Part shown: positions 17,919 through 27,928 of the stretch, piece after piece
Position numbering within the stretch: position 1 is the first letter of the stretch
Layout of the letters: every line of letters starts with the position of its first letter
Source of the DNA: an uncultured bacterium
GTDB taxonomy: Bacteria; Patescibacteriota; Minisyncoccia; UBA6257; 2-01-FULL-56-20
Direction of reading: 5' to 3'
DNA length: 64,000 nt
NCBI GenBank assembly: GCA_963725235.1
Contig: CAVRXN010000003.1
Span: 75,204 to 139,203 of the forward strand
Made by a program: the position numbers and the translations under genes
The notes under the pieces: generated by a model
Database searches by the model: none
What the model saw: only the letters and a program-made list of their open reading frames with translations
What the model was told of the DNA's origin: nothing

Positions 17919-18494
17919 TTATTTGGTCGTGATAATTACGTTGTCGCTAAAAGCATTGTCCGCCGCTCTCCCGAAAGCATAAGCCATTCCACCTTGCCAA
18001 ATAATGTAAAGCGTTAAAAGAGAAATCGTGGAGGGTGCTTCGGACGATGAAATGCTACCAGTAAAAACGTCGCTTACATGATAGCCGACGAAACCAAGGA
18101 ACCCTCCGAGAAGAAGGATGAGGATGAACTGTTTGATATTTAACTTGAAGAATAAAAAATGGAAGCCCAAGAGCAAAACCAATGCTCCGGTAAGCCCTCC
18201 CAAGAAAAAATTGCTGATGATTTGCGTCGAAGAAATTGTCACCTCGACTGCTGCGTGATAAGCAATAACGGATACGACAACGAACGAGGCTAACTTCAAA
18301 AATGAAGTTGCGGTATAATTTTTTTTCGCGTATAAAAACCAGCCGGCGATAACTATGCCAAAAAACAAACCGGGTGCATATGTACTGACGAGACTGCCGA
18401 ATAACCCTAAACCAGAAATCCAATATGCCTGAGACGAAAGCAACCCTGAGAGCAATCCCAGAAAAAATAGCACGAAGCGGCTGTTCTTTCCCAT
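17919..18494 (-). CDS. hypothetical polytopic membrane protein (191 aa)
   Basis: About 6 hydrophobic helices. Stop is adjacent to the downstream gene's start (1-nt gap). AT-rich. Confidence 0.55.
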   Translation of the reverse strand: MGKNSRFVLFFLGLLSGLLSSQAYWISGLGLFGSLVSTYAPGLFFGIVIAGWFLYAKKNYTATSFLKLASFVVVSVIAYHAAVEVTISSTQIISNFFLGGLTGALVLLLGFHFLFFKLNIKQFILILLLGGFLGFVGYHVSDVFTGSISSSEAPSTISLLTLYIIWQGGMAYAFGRAADNAFSDNVIITTK

Positions 18495-18544
18495 TACGTT
18501 AATTTTAGCACATCAGAATAAGGTCGGATTGGATTTGAGGATTC

Positions 18545-19486
18545 TTAAATGAAATGCCGCCCCACGCTCCACTGATACATGACGACCGCCGCCGATACGC
18601 TCGCGTTCAGTGACTCCGCTCGCGCATCCATCGGAATCCGCAACGTTACATCGCAGCGCTCCAAAGTTTTTTGCCGAATACCCTTGCCTTCGTTGCCTAC
18701 TATTATAAGCGCCGGCGCATCGTCGAATGCGCTCTTGGTCGCCCCACCGGCGCCATCAACGTCACCGCTCAGCAACCGCGTCCCTTCCATCTCAAGGCCG
18801 TACGAGCGAAAACCGAGCTTCGACAAGGCGTCGACCGCTTGGTTAACATTGCCGATCGAGACCAACGGTACGCGAAACGCCATGCCAGCCGAAGCTTTGA
18901 CGACAGCGCCCGTTATCGGCGCTTGGTTATGCGACGGAATCAAAACACCGGACGCACCGAACGCGACCGCGCTGCGAATGATCGCGCCAACGTTATGCGG
19001 ATCGGTGAGCTCGTCTAATAAAACCACCATCGTCCGCGCGGCTGCCGGCGACCGGAACCATTCGGCCGACGAAAACGGTTCGACGAACTTAGCGAAGTCC
19101 GTCATCATCGCGCCCGGGTCGATGATCGCGATGACGCCCTGATGCGCCGTCTCCTCGCCAACCATTCGCTCCGCCTCGCGCGGCGCGCGCAACATTTCGA
19201 TCGGAATGTTCGCCTGCTCCGCGTGCTTCAACAGCTCGCGCCCCTCCGGCTCCTCGCGCAACCCCGCGCGCGCCTCAGTCGACAAAAAAACTTTGCGCAC
19301 GACGCCCGGCATATTCGCGAGCGCCTCAGCGAGCGCGTGCTTACCATAAATATAAATCTTCTCGCGATTGTTGCCGTACTGGCGCGGCTCGCTGCGTTGC
19401 TCGTTTCGGCCGCGCCGAACGCCGCCTGCTTGTCGTCGCGCGCCGTGCTTTGCCTTTCCTCCAAAATTTCCTCGTCTAGATTTCAT
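18545..19486 (-). CDS. rlmB: TrmH/SpoU-family RNA 2'-O-methyltransferase (RlmB-like)
   Basis: SpoU motifs LLDELTDPHNVGAIIRSAVAFGA and IPM....ESLNASVSAAVVMY. Basic N-terminal tail. Start chosen at MKSRRGNFGG. Confidence 0.8.
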   Translation of the reverse strand: MKSRRGNFGGKAKHGARRQAGGVRRGRNEQRSEPRQYGNNREKIYIYGKHALAEALANMPGVVRKVFLSTEARAGLREEPEGRELLKHAEQANIPIEMLRAPREAERMVGEETAHQGVIAIIDPGAMMTDFAKFVEPFSSAEWFRSPAAARTMVVLLDELTDPHNVGAIIRSAVAFGASGVLIPSHNQAPITGAVVKASAGMAFRVPLVSIGNVNQAVDALSKLGFRSYGLEMEGTRLLSGDVDGAGGATKSAFDDAPALIIVGNEGKGIRQKTLERCDVTLRIPMDARAESLNASVSAAVVMYQWSVGRHFI

Positions 19487-19493
19487 ATTGTTA

Positions 19494-20621
19494 TTATAAG
19501 CTATTTTTAAGAAATTCTTCTGTAACCTTCCTGACCTCCTCCGCATTCTTTGTTTCCATCAGCTTGATACGCAACTCCTTCGCGTCATCGAAACCGGAGC
19601 AATACGCCTTGAAATGTTTTTTCATGATGTCAAAGTTTTTTAACTGGCGCGGGGCGGACACGCCAACAACAATCGGCGCAGATCGATATAATTTTTCAAA
19701 TAATTCAGTATGTTCAATCATTCGTTCGAGTTGCTCGCGCAAATTCGGCGCCTTGCCACCAAGGTCCGCGCGGAAGAACCAAGGATTGCCGAACATGCCG
19801 CGGCCGATCATGACGCCATCGACGCCGGTTTCGGCTGCACGCGCGTTCGCCTCATCGCGCGATGCGATGTCGCCGTTCACGAGGATGAGTGTAGAAAATT
19901 TTTCGGGTGTCGGACGGCCGACGATCCGATCGCGAAGCGCGACAATTTCGCGCGCGAGTTCCCAGCGTGCCGGAACGTCAGACATTTCGTTGCGCGTGCG
20001 CAAATGAACGGTCAACGCCGCGACGTCCTCTTTTAATATGGTTGTCAGCCAATCGGTCATCTCGCTCGTCGATCGATAGCCAAGCCGTGTTTTGACCGAA
20101 ACCGGAATCGCGGGTACCACGCTACCATCGCTCTTTATATATTCGCTCGTCGCTCCGCGTTTCGTCGCACGGATGATCTCGACCGCGCGCGCCGGGTCGC
20201 GAATCAGCGATGCGCCCGCGCCCGATTTCTCGACGCCGCTGTCCGGGCAACCCATGTTGATGTCGATCCCATCGAAGCCAAGCTCGCGCACGAGCCGCGC
20301 CACCTCCTCGAACTGCTCCGGCTTATCGCCAAACACCTGCGCCACGATCGGCCGCTCGGCCTCGCTGTACCAAAAATCAACAAGCAGCTGCTCACGTCCG
20401 CGTGAGAGCAATCCCTCGACCGACACAAACTCCGTCCAAAAGACGTCGGGCTGACCCCGCGCGCCGGCGGGCGCAGCCGCGCCGATCTCTGCGAACATGC
20501 GCCGAAACGCTGCGTCCGTAACATTCGCCATCGGTGCCATCGCGAGGATTGGCCCGCCGCGCTTCTTTAGTTTTGCCCAAAAACCAGAATCCATAATTCC
20601 CGCATCATACCATGCGCTCAT
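19494..20621 (-). CDS. dus: tRNA-dihydrouridine synthase
   Basis: 375 aa. Dus motifs: LAMAPMANVTDAAFR, GFDGIDINMGCP, VSVKTRLG. Confidence 0.85.
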   Translation of the reverse strand: MSAWYDAGIMDSGFWAKLKKRGGPILAMAPMANVTDAAFRRMFAEIGAAAPAGARGQPDVFWTEFVSVEGLLSRGREQLLVDFWYSEAERPIVAQVFGDKPEQFEEVARLVRELGFDGIDINMGCPDSGVEKSGAGASLIRDPARAVEIIRATKRGATSEYIKSDGSVVPAIPVSVKTRLGYRSTSEMTDWLTTILKEDVAALTVHLRTRNEMSDVPARWELAREIVALRDRIVGRPTPEKFSTLILVNGDIASRDEANARAAETGVDGVMIGRGMFGNPWFFRADLGGKAPNLREQLERMIEHTELFEKLYRSAPIVVGVSAPRQLKNFDIMKKHFKAYCSGFDDAKELRIKLMETKNAEEVRKVTEEFLKNSL

Positions 20622-20674
20622 TCAATTCGAAATATTTGAAAAAATATGAGAAATGGTGATATAATCACCGTGCA

Positions 20675-20761
20675 GGAGAGGTGCCAGAATGGTCAATGGA
20701 GCAGATTGCTAATCTGCGACCGTCTAAAAGCGGTCTGTGGGTTCGAGTCCCACCCTCTCCG
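20675..20761 (+). tRNA. tRNA-Ser (anticodon GCU)
   Basis: 87 nt: GGAGAGGTGCCAGAATGG...CAGATTGCTAATCTG...long variable arm (CGACCGTCTAAAAGCGGTCTG)...GGGTTCGAGTCCCACCCTCTCCG. Confidence 0.9.
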
Positions 20762-20831
20762 CCGAGAATTGACTGACCAAAGATTCTATAATAAAATGTT
20801 TTTCAGTATTGCCCTCGAATAAGGAGAAACA

Positions 20832-21206
20832 GTGACAAAAACACGGTACGTTCTAGATGGTAGGGTTGGTTGTTTATACACAAGGACTGCTGACCCGGAC
20901 ACCCTTTACGGAGAGGATGTCAATCTTGCTTTTAAGGCGGTTGACGATGCATTCGCAATCGAAATTGCAAACGGAATAATTGAGGAGGTTATGGAGCGGA
21001 ATTCTGAAAATGCTCCTGGTAGCAAGAAGTGGCAGGAATGGGCAGACGAGAAACGATGCTATTTCCTATTGAGGAAGGGAAATATCATTGTCTGGAGAAA
21101 AGAGTGGAAAGAAGCAATTCCAGCTCAGCCCGCAATGCCTGCAATGCCTGCAGTGCCAGCGGGCTTCGTGGAAGCTGGTACATCGAAACAAAAGCATCCA
21201 GATTGA
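20832..21206 (+). CDS. hypothetical protein (124 aa)
   Basis: GTG start 8 nt after AAGGAGAAA. TTGACT...TATAAT promoter-like pair upstream. C-terminal PAMPAMPAVPAG repeat. Confidence 0.5.
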   Translation: MTKTRYVLDGRVGCLYTRTADPDTLYGEDVNLAFKAVDDAFAIEIANGIIEEVMERNSENAPGSKKWQEWADEKRCYFLLRKGNIIVWRKEWKEAIPAQPAMPAMPAVPAGFVEAGTSKQKHPD

Positions 21207-21340
21207 GATATGAAGGCGTCACGGCTAGCTTATCCTAGACACGGCGCCTCTTTTTTATGCAAAGCAATTCAAACATCGTCCCATGCTGCCTGCATAAGAA
21301 GAGTTTACCCCCAAAAGCCATATGGTAAAATTAAAACCAT

Positions 21341-21661
21341 ATGACCAACCTTACGCAATCACCCGCATTGATTATCGTTGCCCTCGTAGTTGTCGGTGTA
21401 ATCTTGATTCTCTACACAATTTTTTCAGGCACATCCAAGGATATAAAATCAAATATCCCTGCGGAGATGAAAGAAGATAAAAAGAGAGAAGTTACATGGA
21501 GTTTGGGTGATGCGGTAAAGTTCGGTTTTGGATTTGGCATGGGAATGTTTCTGTGGATTCTTTTTAGTTTTATACTCCTCTGCTTTATTACATTATTCTT
21601 TTTTAGCCATACCATAGGAGTACCAACAACCACGACCTCTACAAGCCAGTTCGGGATTTAG
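21341..21661 (+). CDS. hypothetical membrane protein (106 aa)
   Basis: Two TM helices (ALIIVALVVVGVILILYTIF, GMFLWILFSFILLCFITLFFF). Confidence 0.5.
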   Translation: MTNLTQSPALIIVALVVVGVILILYTIFSGTSKDIKSNIPAEMKEDKKREVTWSLGDAVKFGFGFGMGMFLWILFSFILLCFITLFFFSHTIGVPTTTTSTSQFGI

Positions 21662-21678
21662 AAGACCAGTTTCGCCCC

Positions 21679-22512
21679 CTACCTCTTCACCACCCTCACC
21701 ACAAGATACACCGCAAACGTCGCGGTCGTAATGAAGAAGCTGACGGGATACGGAATGTAGAATGAGATGAACAGGCCGAACCAGGTGGCGGCCAGGGCGA
21801 TGGCGACGGAAATCAGGATGCCTTCGGCGGGGCGGCGCGCGAGGCGTTCGGCGACGGCGGCGGGCGTTACCATCAACGCGAAGATCAGCAAGACGCCGAC
21901 GACTTGGACGGCGATGGATGTTGCGACGGCGACGAGCAACATGAACACGACGCCGATCCAGAAAATCGAGATACCTTTGGCTTCGGCGACATCTTCATCG
22001 AGCGATGTAAAAAGCAACGGCCGGTAGACGACGGCGAGTGCAGCGAGCAAGACAACTGCCGCGATTAAAGTAACGACAACGTCGCCGCTCGAGATGCCGA
22101 GGATTTCGCCGAACAATAACGAGTACGCCTCCGTCGCGTAGCCGGCGTATAAGCTGATGAATAAAACGCCGATGCCGAGCATGAACGCGAGCACGGTGCC
22201 GATTTGCACATCACGCGTTGCGGCTTTGCGGCCGAGCGATGCGATCGCGACACCGCCGGCGCTCGTGAAGACGAGCAAGCCGAGGATTGGATTGATGCCG
22301 AACAAGACCGCACCGGCGGCGCCGGCGAAACCGATGTGCGAGAGCGCATGTGCGGCGAAGGATGACCGGCGCAAGACGATGAAGTAGCCGATGATACCGG
22401 CGACGATCGCGACGACCGTCCCCGCTTCGAACGCGTGGCGCATGAAATCGTACTGCAACATCGTTTGCAGGTCGGCGATAAGGTTATAACTGAATGCGAG
22501 GTTAGTGTTCAT
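21679..22512 (-). CDS. znuB: metal (Zn/Mn) ABC transporter permease
   Basis: ABC-3 family multi-TM protein. Start chosen at MNTNLAFSYN; the ORF extends upstream to 22563. Confidence 0.8.
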   Translation of the reverse strand: MNTNLAFSYNLIADLQTMLQYDFMRHAFEAGTVVAIVAGIIGYFIVLRRSSFAAHALSHIGFAGAAGAVLFGINPILGLLVFTSAGGVAIASLGRKAATRDVQIGTVLAFMLGIGVLFISLYAGYATEAYSLLFGEILGISSGDVVVTLIAAVVLLAALAVVYRPLLFTSLDEDVAEAKGISIFWIGVVFMLLVAVATSIAVQVVGVLLIFALMVTPAAVAERLARRPAEGILISVAIALAATWFGLFISFYIPYPVSFFITTATFAVYLVVRVVKR

Positions 22513-23287
22513 GTACGTGATGTTCCGGCGGCTCATCCATCCCAATAATCGCGATGCGGCCATGCGAATCTTTTAATACTTCGATCGGGATGCCGTACAG
22601 ATCGGTCAGCGACTTCGATGTCAAAACTTCGCTCGGCTTGCCATCCGTTATCCGGCCATTCGCAACATAAATAACGCGGTCGAGAACCGGCAACAACGGA
22701 TTGATGTTGTGTGCAATCAACAAGACGGTAACGTTCCGCTTGCGAACAACATCGTTAATCAGCTGAACGAAATTCGATTCGCGTCGCATGTCGAGATTCG
22801 CGAGCGGCTCGTCGAGCAACAGCAAGTCCGGCTTCCCGATTAACGCTTCGGCGAGAAAAATTCGTTGCAGCTCGCCGCCGGACAAAACGCCGAGCGGTCG
22901 GTGCGCCAATTCTTCCGCACCAACAATCCGGAGCGCTTCATGCGCTTCTTTAATCCCCTGCCCTGCAACATTCAAACCCCATCGATTGCCATACAATCCG
23001 AGTCGCACAAGTTCCAAAGCTTCGATCCCGGTTTCGCTATCGATCGGATGTTTTTGCGGGACATAGCCGATGCGCGGATTGCCGCGGCGCGGCGTCGCAC
23101 CAAAAATTTTCAACGACCCGCCGAGCGGCTGCGCCAACCCGAGCAACAACCGAAACAACGTCGTCTTGCCCGCACCGTTCGGCCCGAGCACGGCAACGAA
23201 CTCACCCTGCCCGATCGAAAAATTCGCATCGCGCCAAACGGCGTTCTGCGGATAACCCGCTGCAAGATTTTTCGCTTCGATGATCAT
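22502..23287 (-). CDS. znuC: metal ABC transporter ATP-binding protein
   Basis: Walker A GPNGAGKTT, signature LSGGELQR, Walker B LLLLDEP. Start chosen at MIIEAKNL. Confidence 0.9.
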   Translation of the reverse strand: MIIEAKNLAAGYPQNAVWRDANFSIGQGEFVAVLGPNGAGKTTLFRLLLGLAQPLGGSLKIFGATPRRGNPRIGYVPQKHPIDSETGIEALELVRLGLYGNRWGLNVAGQGIKEAHEALRIVGAEELAHRPLGVLSGGELQRIFLAEALIGKPDLLLLDEPLANLDMRRESNFVQLINDVVRKRNVTVLLIAHNINPLLPVLDRVIYVANGRITDGKPSEVLTSKSLTDLYGIPIEVLKDSHGRIAIIGMDEPPEHHVHEH

Positions 23288-23306
23288 GGTTATTGCCCCG
23301 CGCGAA

Positions 23307-24249
23307 TCATTGCCCCAGCGCCTGCGCATTCAGCGCATTCTGCAGTTCGATCAATTGCGCATTCATCCATTCCTCAAACGTCGCGTCCGGCGGCTGGATT
23401 GTTTCCGTAACGCCGATGACCGGAATACCTTCTTGCGCAGCAAGCGCTTTCATGCTCTCCGTAAGTGGCGTCACTGTCTGTTCATTATAAACCAAAACCC
23501 GAATCGAACCGCCCTTCAACTGATTTTCGAAAGTAACAATACTCGACGCCGGCGGATCATTGCCTTCTGCAACGGCCTCTATAAATGCCGCCGGCGAAAC
23601 GAGATCAAGCCCGGCAGCGGTAGCGAGGTACGCAAAAATATCTTCGGTTGCAGCAACCTGCACGCCGCCAAACTGCTGCTTGATCATCGCGATGCGCCCC
23701 TGATATTCCGCGAGCGACGCCTGCAATGCCGTGTACTGCGATTGATAATACGAAGCGTCCGCCGGATCGAGTGCGATCAAATCCTGTTCGATCTGCGCCG
23801 CCGCCGCATTCACGTACGCCGGATTGTACCACAAATGCGGATTGCCGCCTTCCTGAACGCCGACCAGATCGGCGACGTTTAAGCACTTTTTGCGCCACGT
23901 CCGGATTGTTCGATGTCGTGCCAGCGCTCAACAATTTATCCATCCAGCTGTCGTATCCCGCGCCGTTCTCGATAACGTAGTTCGCCGTCGCAACCGCGCG
24001 TGCATCCGCCGCGTTACTTTCATATTCATGTGGATCAGCGTTCGGATCGGACACGATGCTCAAAACCTGCACATGCGTGCCGCCGATCTGCGAAACCAAA
24101 CTCCCCCAAAAATTTTCCGCGGCGACCACCTGCAAAACGCCATTGGACGGCTGGGTGCCAACAGCTGGGCTACTATGAAAAATCCAAAAACCGAGCGCGA
24201 CGATTGCAATGACTACAATGATACCGATAGCCAAAAATTTCTTGCTCAT
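23307..24249 (-). pseudogene. znuA: metal ABC transporter substrate-binding protein, one frameshift near 23870
   Basis: The N-terminal 214-aa ORF carries a signal anchor and VVAAENFWGSLVSQIGG...DPHEYE. The C-terminal 175-aa ORF is in another frame (WYNPAYV...QTVTPLTESMKALA). Confidence 0.8.
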
Positions 24250-25546
24250 GTGCTAATCGTGATCTTCGTGATCCCAAAAATATCTCGCATGGAATAGTTC
24301 GCAGCGAAACTGATGTCGTCGCCATTCGCGATATACGGATCACGCATGATGTAATTGCCCTTGCTGCCGCTGACGAGGACGACGAAGTGCGTACCGCCGT
24401 ACGCGTTCAAGCCGATGATGACGGGATTACCGGTCGCGAGCGTCGCGTCGATCGCCGCAGTTTTACGCGTCGCGGTAACGCCGTCGACATTAATAGTGGT
24501 CAATAAATATGCCGGATAGTACGCAGCGAAGTTCGCTGGATTCGAATTGATCGTAACCGGCGTAACGTCGCGGTAACCATAATGCGTCATCACCATCGCC
24601 ATCGCCGTCACGAGACAACCATCGCTCGCGAGCGTATACTTCGTTCCATCGAGTGGATCATTTCCCCACGCCTGTCGCGCTGGCTGTAATAGCAACCCCA
24701 AGCGTCACACACCGTCTGATTGCCAAGCAATTTCGAACCGCCGGCGTTTTGCGTGAACGCAGAAAAACTTTGGAGCTGGGCTTCTGCCGCCGCGAGCAAT
24801 TTTTCATACGTCGCCTCCTGCGAATTCGTTTCGGCGAGCAGCTGCGTCTTCGACTGCGTTGTCGCGACCAGCGATTGTTGTTGCGAGGTAAGCGATTGCT
24901 GCTGCGACGTCAGCGTCACCTGCTTCTGCTGGGACGCAGTCTTCGAACTGCTCAAGTTGTTCTCTTCGGCCTGTAACGCTGCCATTTGATTTTGCACTGC
25001 ACCCTGCACTTCAAGCGTCGCATTCACGTCACTCCACACATCCGTAATATCGCCCGACGAAAGCATCTGCATTAAAAGCGGCTGGGTATCCGATTTTTGT
25101 AAAATCCGCAGATACTCGCCAAGCTCATTCTGGTCGGACAAAATCGTTTGCTGGGCACTCGTAATCTCGCCGCCAAGCTGCTGGATCTGCAACTGCGTCG
25201 TGCTGATCTGCGTTTTGGTGAGCGTTACCTGTGCCTGCACTTTACTCTTTTGAAGATTCAACGCATTGATCGCCGCCTGCAACGTCTTCTTATTCGCACC
25301 TGCCTGCAGGATCTCCTGCTGATACTGCGCGATCTGTTGATTGAGCGTCGCAATCTGCTGGTCGTTCGCATCGAGCTGCGATTGCAGGTCAGCCGTACTC
25401 GAACTGTTGTCGGTCGTCGCCGCAACGGTTGTCATAGCCGTCGTCGTGCTCGCCACCTGAGCATAAACCACAGCGAAACCAACCACAACCGCGAGAATGG
25501 CAGCTGTACCGGCAAAAACTATGAAAAGAAATGGTCTGCGCGACAT
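24246..25546 (-). pseudogene. PcsB-like secreted coiled-coil plus C-terminal papain-like (C39/CHAP-like) hydrolase, frameshift near 24690
   Basis: The 312-aa ORF has a signal anchor and Gln/Leu-rich coiled coil. It continues in a second frame as AWGNDPLDGTKYTLASDGCLVTAMAMVMTHYGY...GGTHFVVL, a Cys...His peptidase fold. Confidence 0.7.
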
Positions 25547-25669
25547 TTATAGATGATTATATACCAAAAACGACCTCTCTAAAATGGCGAATGAAACATT
25601 TAGGACTGCCAATTCGTACATATATATGCAAAGGTCGGAAAATAATAAAAATATATTCCGAAAAATCAT

Positions 25670-26593
25670 ATGAACAAAACAATGGCAAGAACAGCGTTTA
25701 TCGTAGGCACGGCAGTCGTCGGTGCATTTTTGATTGTCACGGGCATCGCGAGCGCAGCGACGCTTGGCGTTGACGTTTCAGCGCAGGCAAATGTCGGCGC
25801 CAACGCCCACTTCCCGGGCAGCAACGGCGGTGCGCGTCCCCCGATGATGGGCGGCGGCATCTTCGGCACGGTCTCGGCAATCAACGGCACGACGCTGACG
25901 ATAACATCGAAGGGCTTCGCTGGCTTCGGCCGCCCGTCCTCGACGACTGGCTCAGCACCAACAACAGCCCCAGCCCCAACCACATATACGGTTAATGCGT
26001 CGAACGCGACCGTTACAAAAGGTGGTGCATCGAGCACGCTCTCAAGCGTCGCCGTCGGCGACACGGTAGTCGTGCGCGGCACGGTCAACGGAACGAGCAT
26101 AACGGCAACAGCCATTATGGATGGCGTCGTACCGGACGGAGCAAATCCCGGCGGCCCGATGATGCGCGGCGGCTTCGGTCGCGGACCGAATGGTTCGTCG
26201 ACCGGCATGTGGTCCGCATCTTCGACGGCACTCTTCCAGGGCAACGGTGAACCCGTCGTCGGTGGAACCGTGACGGCGATCAACGGATCGACAGTGACCA
26301 TTACGAACAAGAGCAACGTCACGTACACGATCGACGGGTCGGCCGCGGTCGTCGTCAAAGGCAATGTCTCGTCTTCGCTCAGCGCGGTGGCCGTCAATGA
26401 CAATGTCTTAGTGCAGGGCAACGTCAGCGGCACGAGCGTGACCGCGTCGACGATCCTTGACCAGGGTGCCGCAACTTCGGCAGGCACGAGCAGCGCGGGT
26501 CCGGGCAATTCGACGACTGCACACTTAAACGTTGTCGCCAAAATGTTCGGCGGCATCGGCGCATTCTTCCAGCATCTCTTCGGCTTCTTCTAA
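25670..26593 (+). CDS. secreted repeat protein (DUF5666-like repeats)
   Basis: 307 aa with a signal peptide. Three repeats of G.V.AINGTT.TIT.K...YTV.AS.A.V.KG...S.LS.VAVGD.V.V.G.V.GTS.TA..I. Confidence 0.75.
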   Translation: MNKTMARTAFIVGTAVVGAFLIVTGIASAATLGVDVSAQANVGANAHFPGSNGGARPPMMGGGIFGTVSAINGTTLTITSKGFAGFGRPSSTTGSAPTTAPAPTTYTVNASNATVTKGGASSTLSSVAVGDTVVVRGTVNGTSITATAIMDGVVPDGANPGGPMMRGGFGRGPNGSSTGMWSASSTALFQGNGEPVVGGTVTAINGSTVTITNKSNVTYTIDGSAAVVVKGNVSSSLSAVAVNDNVLVQGNVSGTSVTASTILDQGAATSAGTSSAGPGNSTTAHLNVVAKMFGGIGAFFQHLFGFF

Positions 26594-26698
26594 GCCCGAC
26601 GAAGGCACGATGAGGTAACAAAAAAACCGAGTCGGTTCTTACCGCTTCTCGGTTTTTTTGTTACCTCATCGTGCCTCACGTTCGACTAGAAGAAGCCG
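26581..26698. terminator. dispersed hairpin element, copy 2, with roughly 48-nt arms overlapping both convergent gene ends
   Basis: Core A7-CCGAGTCGGTTCTTACCGCTTCTCGG-T7 (26620-26659). Arms CGGCTTCTTCTA...GGCACGATGAGGTAAC / GTTACCTCATCGTGCC...TAGAAGAAGCCG. Confidence 0.8.
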
Positions 26699-27913
26699 AT
26701 TATATTTCGCCGTCCGCTCACCGCGCGCCGGAGCGCCGAGCTTTAGCCCATCGGCACCAACGCCGTAGGCAAAGTCCGCGATGAAATCATCGTTCGTCTC
26801 GCCGGAGCGATGTGACGCAACAACACCCCATCCATACCGGCGCGCAGCGCGAACCGCATCGAGTGCTTCCGAAACACTGCCGATCTGATTCGGTTTAATG
26901 ATGACGGCATTCACGCTCCCCTCCGCATGCGCCCGCTCCATCCGATGGACGTTCGTCGTAGTAAGATCGTCGCCCGTGATCCAAAATGGCGCAGCCTTTT
27001 TGCCGGTACGCGTCGCCACGCGGCGCGGCGCGGCACCATACTTCGCCGTAAATTTCGCGAACGCGGCAAAATCATTTTCCGGAAATGGGTCTTCGAGATA
27101 GATGAAGTCGTCGGCCTGAACCAACTTCGCATAGAGCGCCGGCATCGCGCCAAATCGCTCCTTCGCGATATCCGTCGCCGCCGCATCCATACCGAAATCG
27201 ACAACCTTCGACAATTTTAATTTTTTCGTAACCGCACGCAGCATCGTCAACGGTTCGAGGTTGTCGCGGAAATTCGGCGCAAAGCCGCCCTCATCGCCAA
27301 GGTTCGTCGCCTGTTTGCCAAGCCGTCGCTCGATCGTCATTTTCAGTTCATTATAAATTTGCACGCCGATCTCAACCGACTCCGCAAACGTTCGCGTTCG
27401 CGGAATGATGACGTATTCCTGGATATCAAGATTGCTGCCGCCATGCAAACCACCGTTGATAAGATTCATAAACAAACGCGGACGCGTGACCAAACGGCTT
27501 GATACAACCGGCATTCCATATACCTCGCGGATATATTTCCATAATGGAACATCGCGCGCCATCGCCGACGCACGCGCGAACGCAATCGAACAGGCAAGAA
27601 TCGCATTCGCACCGAGTCGCCGCTTATCCGCCGTCCCATCAAGTTTTATTAAAAAATCATCAAAAGCTTGTTGACTTTTGAACTCGGCACGAGCGGCCCG
27701 GCCGCCACCCCGAACAGCCGCCGCAATCCGCGTATTGATATTCCGAACCGCGACCGAAGCCGGCAATGCATGTGCTTCTGCCGCGCCCGTGCTCTTTCCC
27801 TCCGGAACCGACGCCGTCGCGCGAACGCCATTCGCCAGCTCGATTGTCGCTTCAACCGTCCACTCGGCCCGCGAATCGAGAATCGATCGCGCAGTCAGAG
27901 ATTTTATTTTCAT
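26666..27913 (-). CDS. eno: enolase
   Basis: 415 aa: ARSILDSRAEWTVEA...VPEGKSTGAAEA...IKPNQIGSVSEA...SHRSGETND. Confidence 0.93.
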   Translation of the reverse strand: MKIKSLTARSILDSRAEWTVEATIELANGVRATASVPEGKSTGAAEAHALPASVAVRNINTRIAAAVRGGGRAARAEFKSQQAFDDFLIKLDGTADKRRLGANAILACSIAFARASAMARDVPLWKYIREVYGMPVVSSRLVTRPRLFMNLINGGLHGGSNLDIQEYVIIPRTRTFAESVEIGVQIYNELKMTIERRLGKQATNLGDEGGFAPNFRDNLEPLTMLRAVTKKLKLSKVVDFGMDAAATDIAKERFGAMPALYAKLVQADDFIYLEDPFPENDFAAFAKFTAKYGAAPRRVATRTGKKAAPFWITGDDLTTTNVHRMERAHAEGSVNAVIIKPNQIGSVSEALDAVRAARRYGWGVVASHRSGETNDDFIADFAYGVGADGLKLGAPARGERTAKYNRLLLVEREAR

Positions 27914-27928
27914 ACTTCCATTATACGA

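Noticed and set aside
25666-26556. 296-aa minus-strand ORF almost exactly antisense to the 307-aa secreted repeat protein
   Set aside because: The + strand ORF has a signal peptide, an internal domain-repeat logic and a promoter/RBS context. The minus ORF is a Pro/Val/Thr-rich mirror with no start context. I treat it as a shadow ORF typical of GC-rich repeats.
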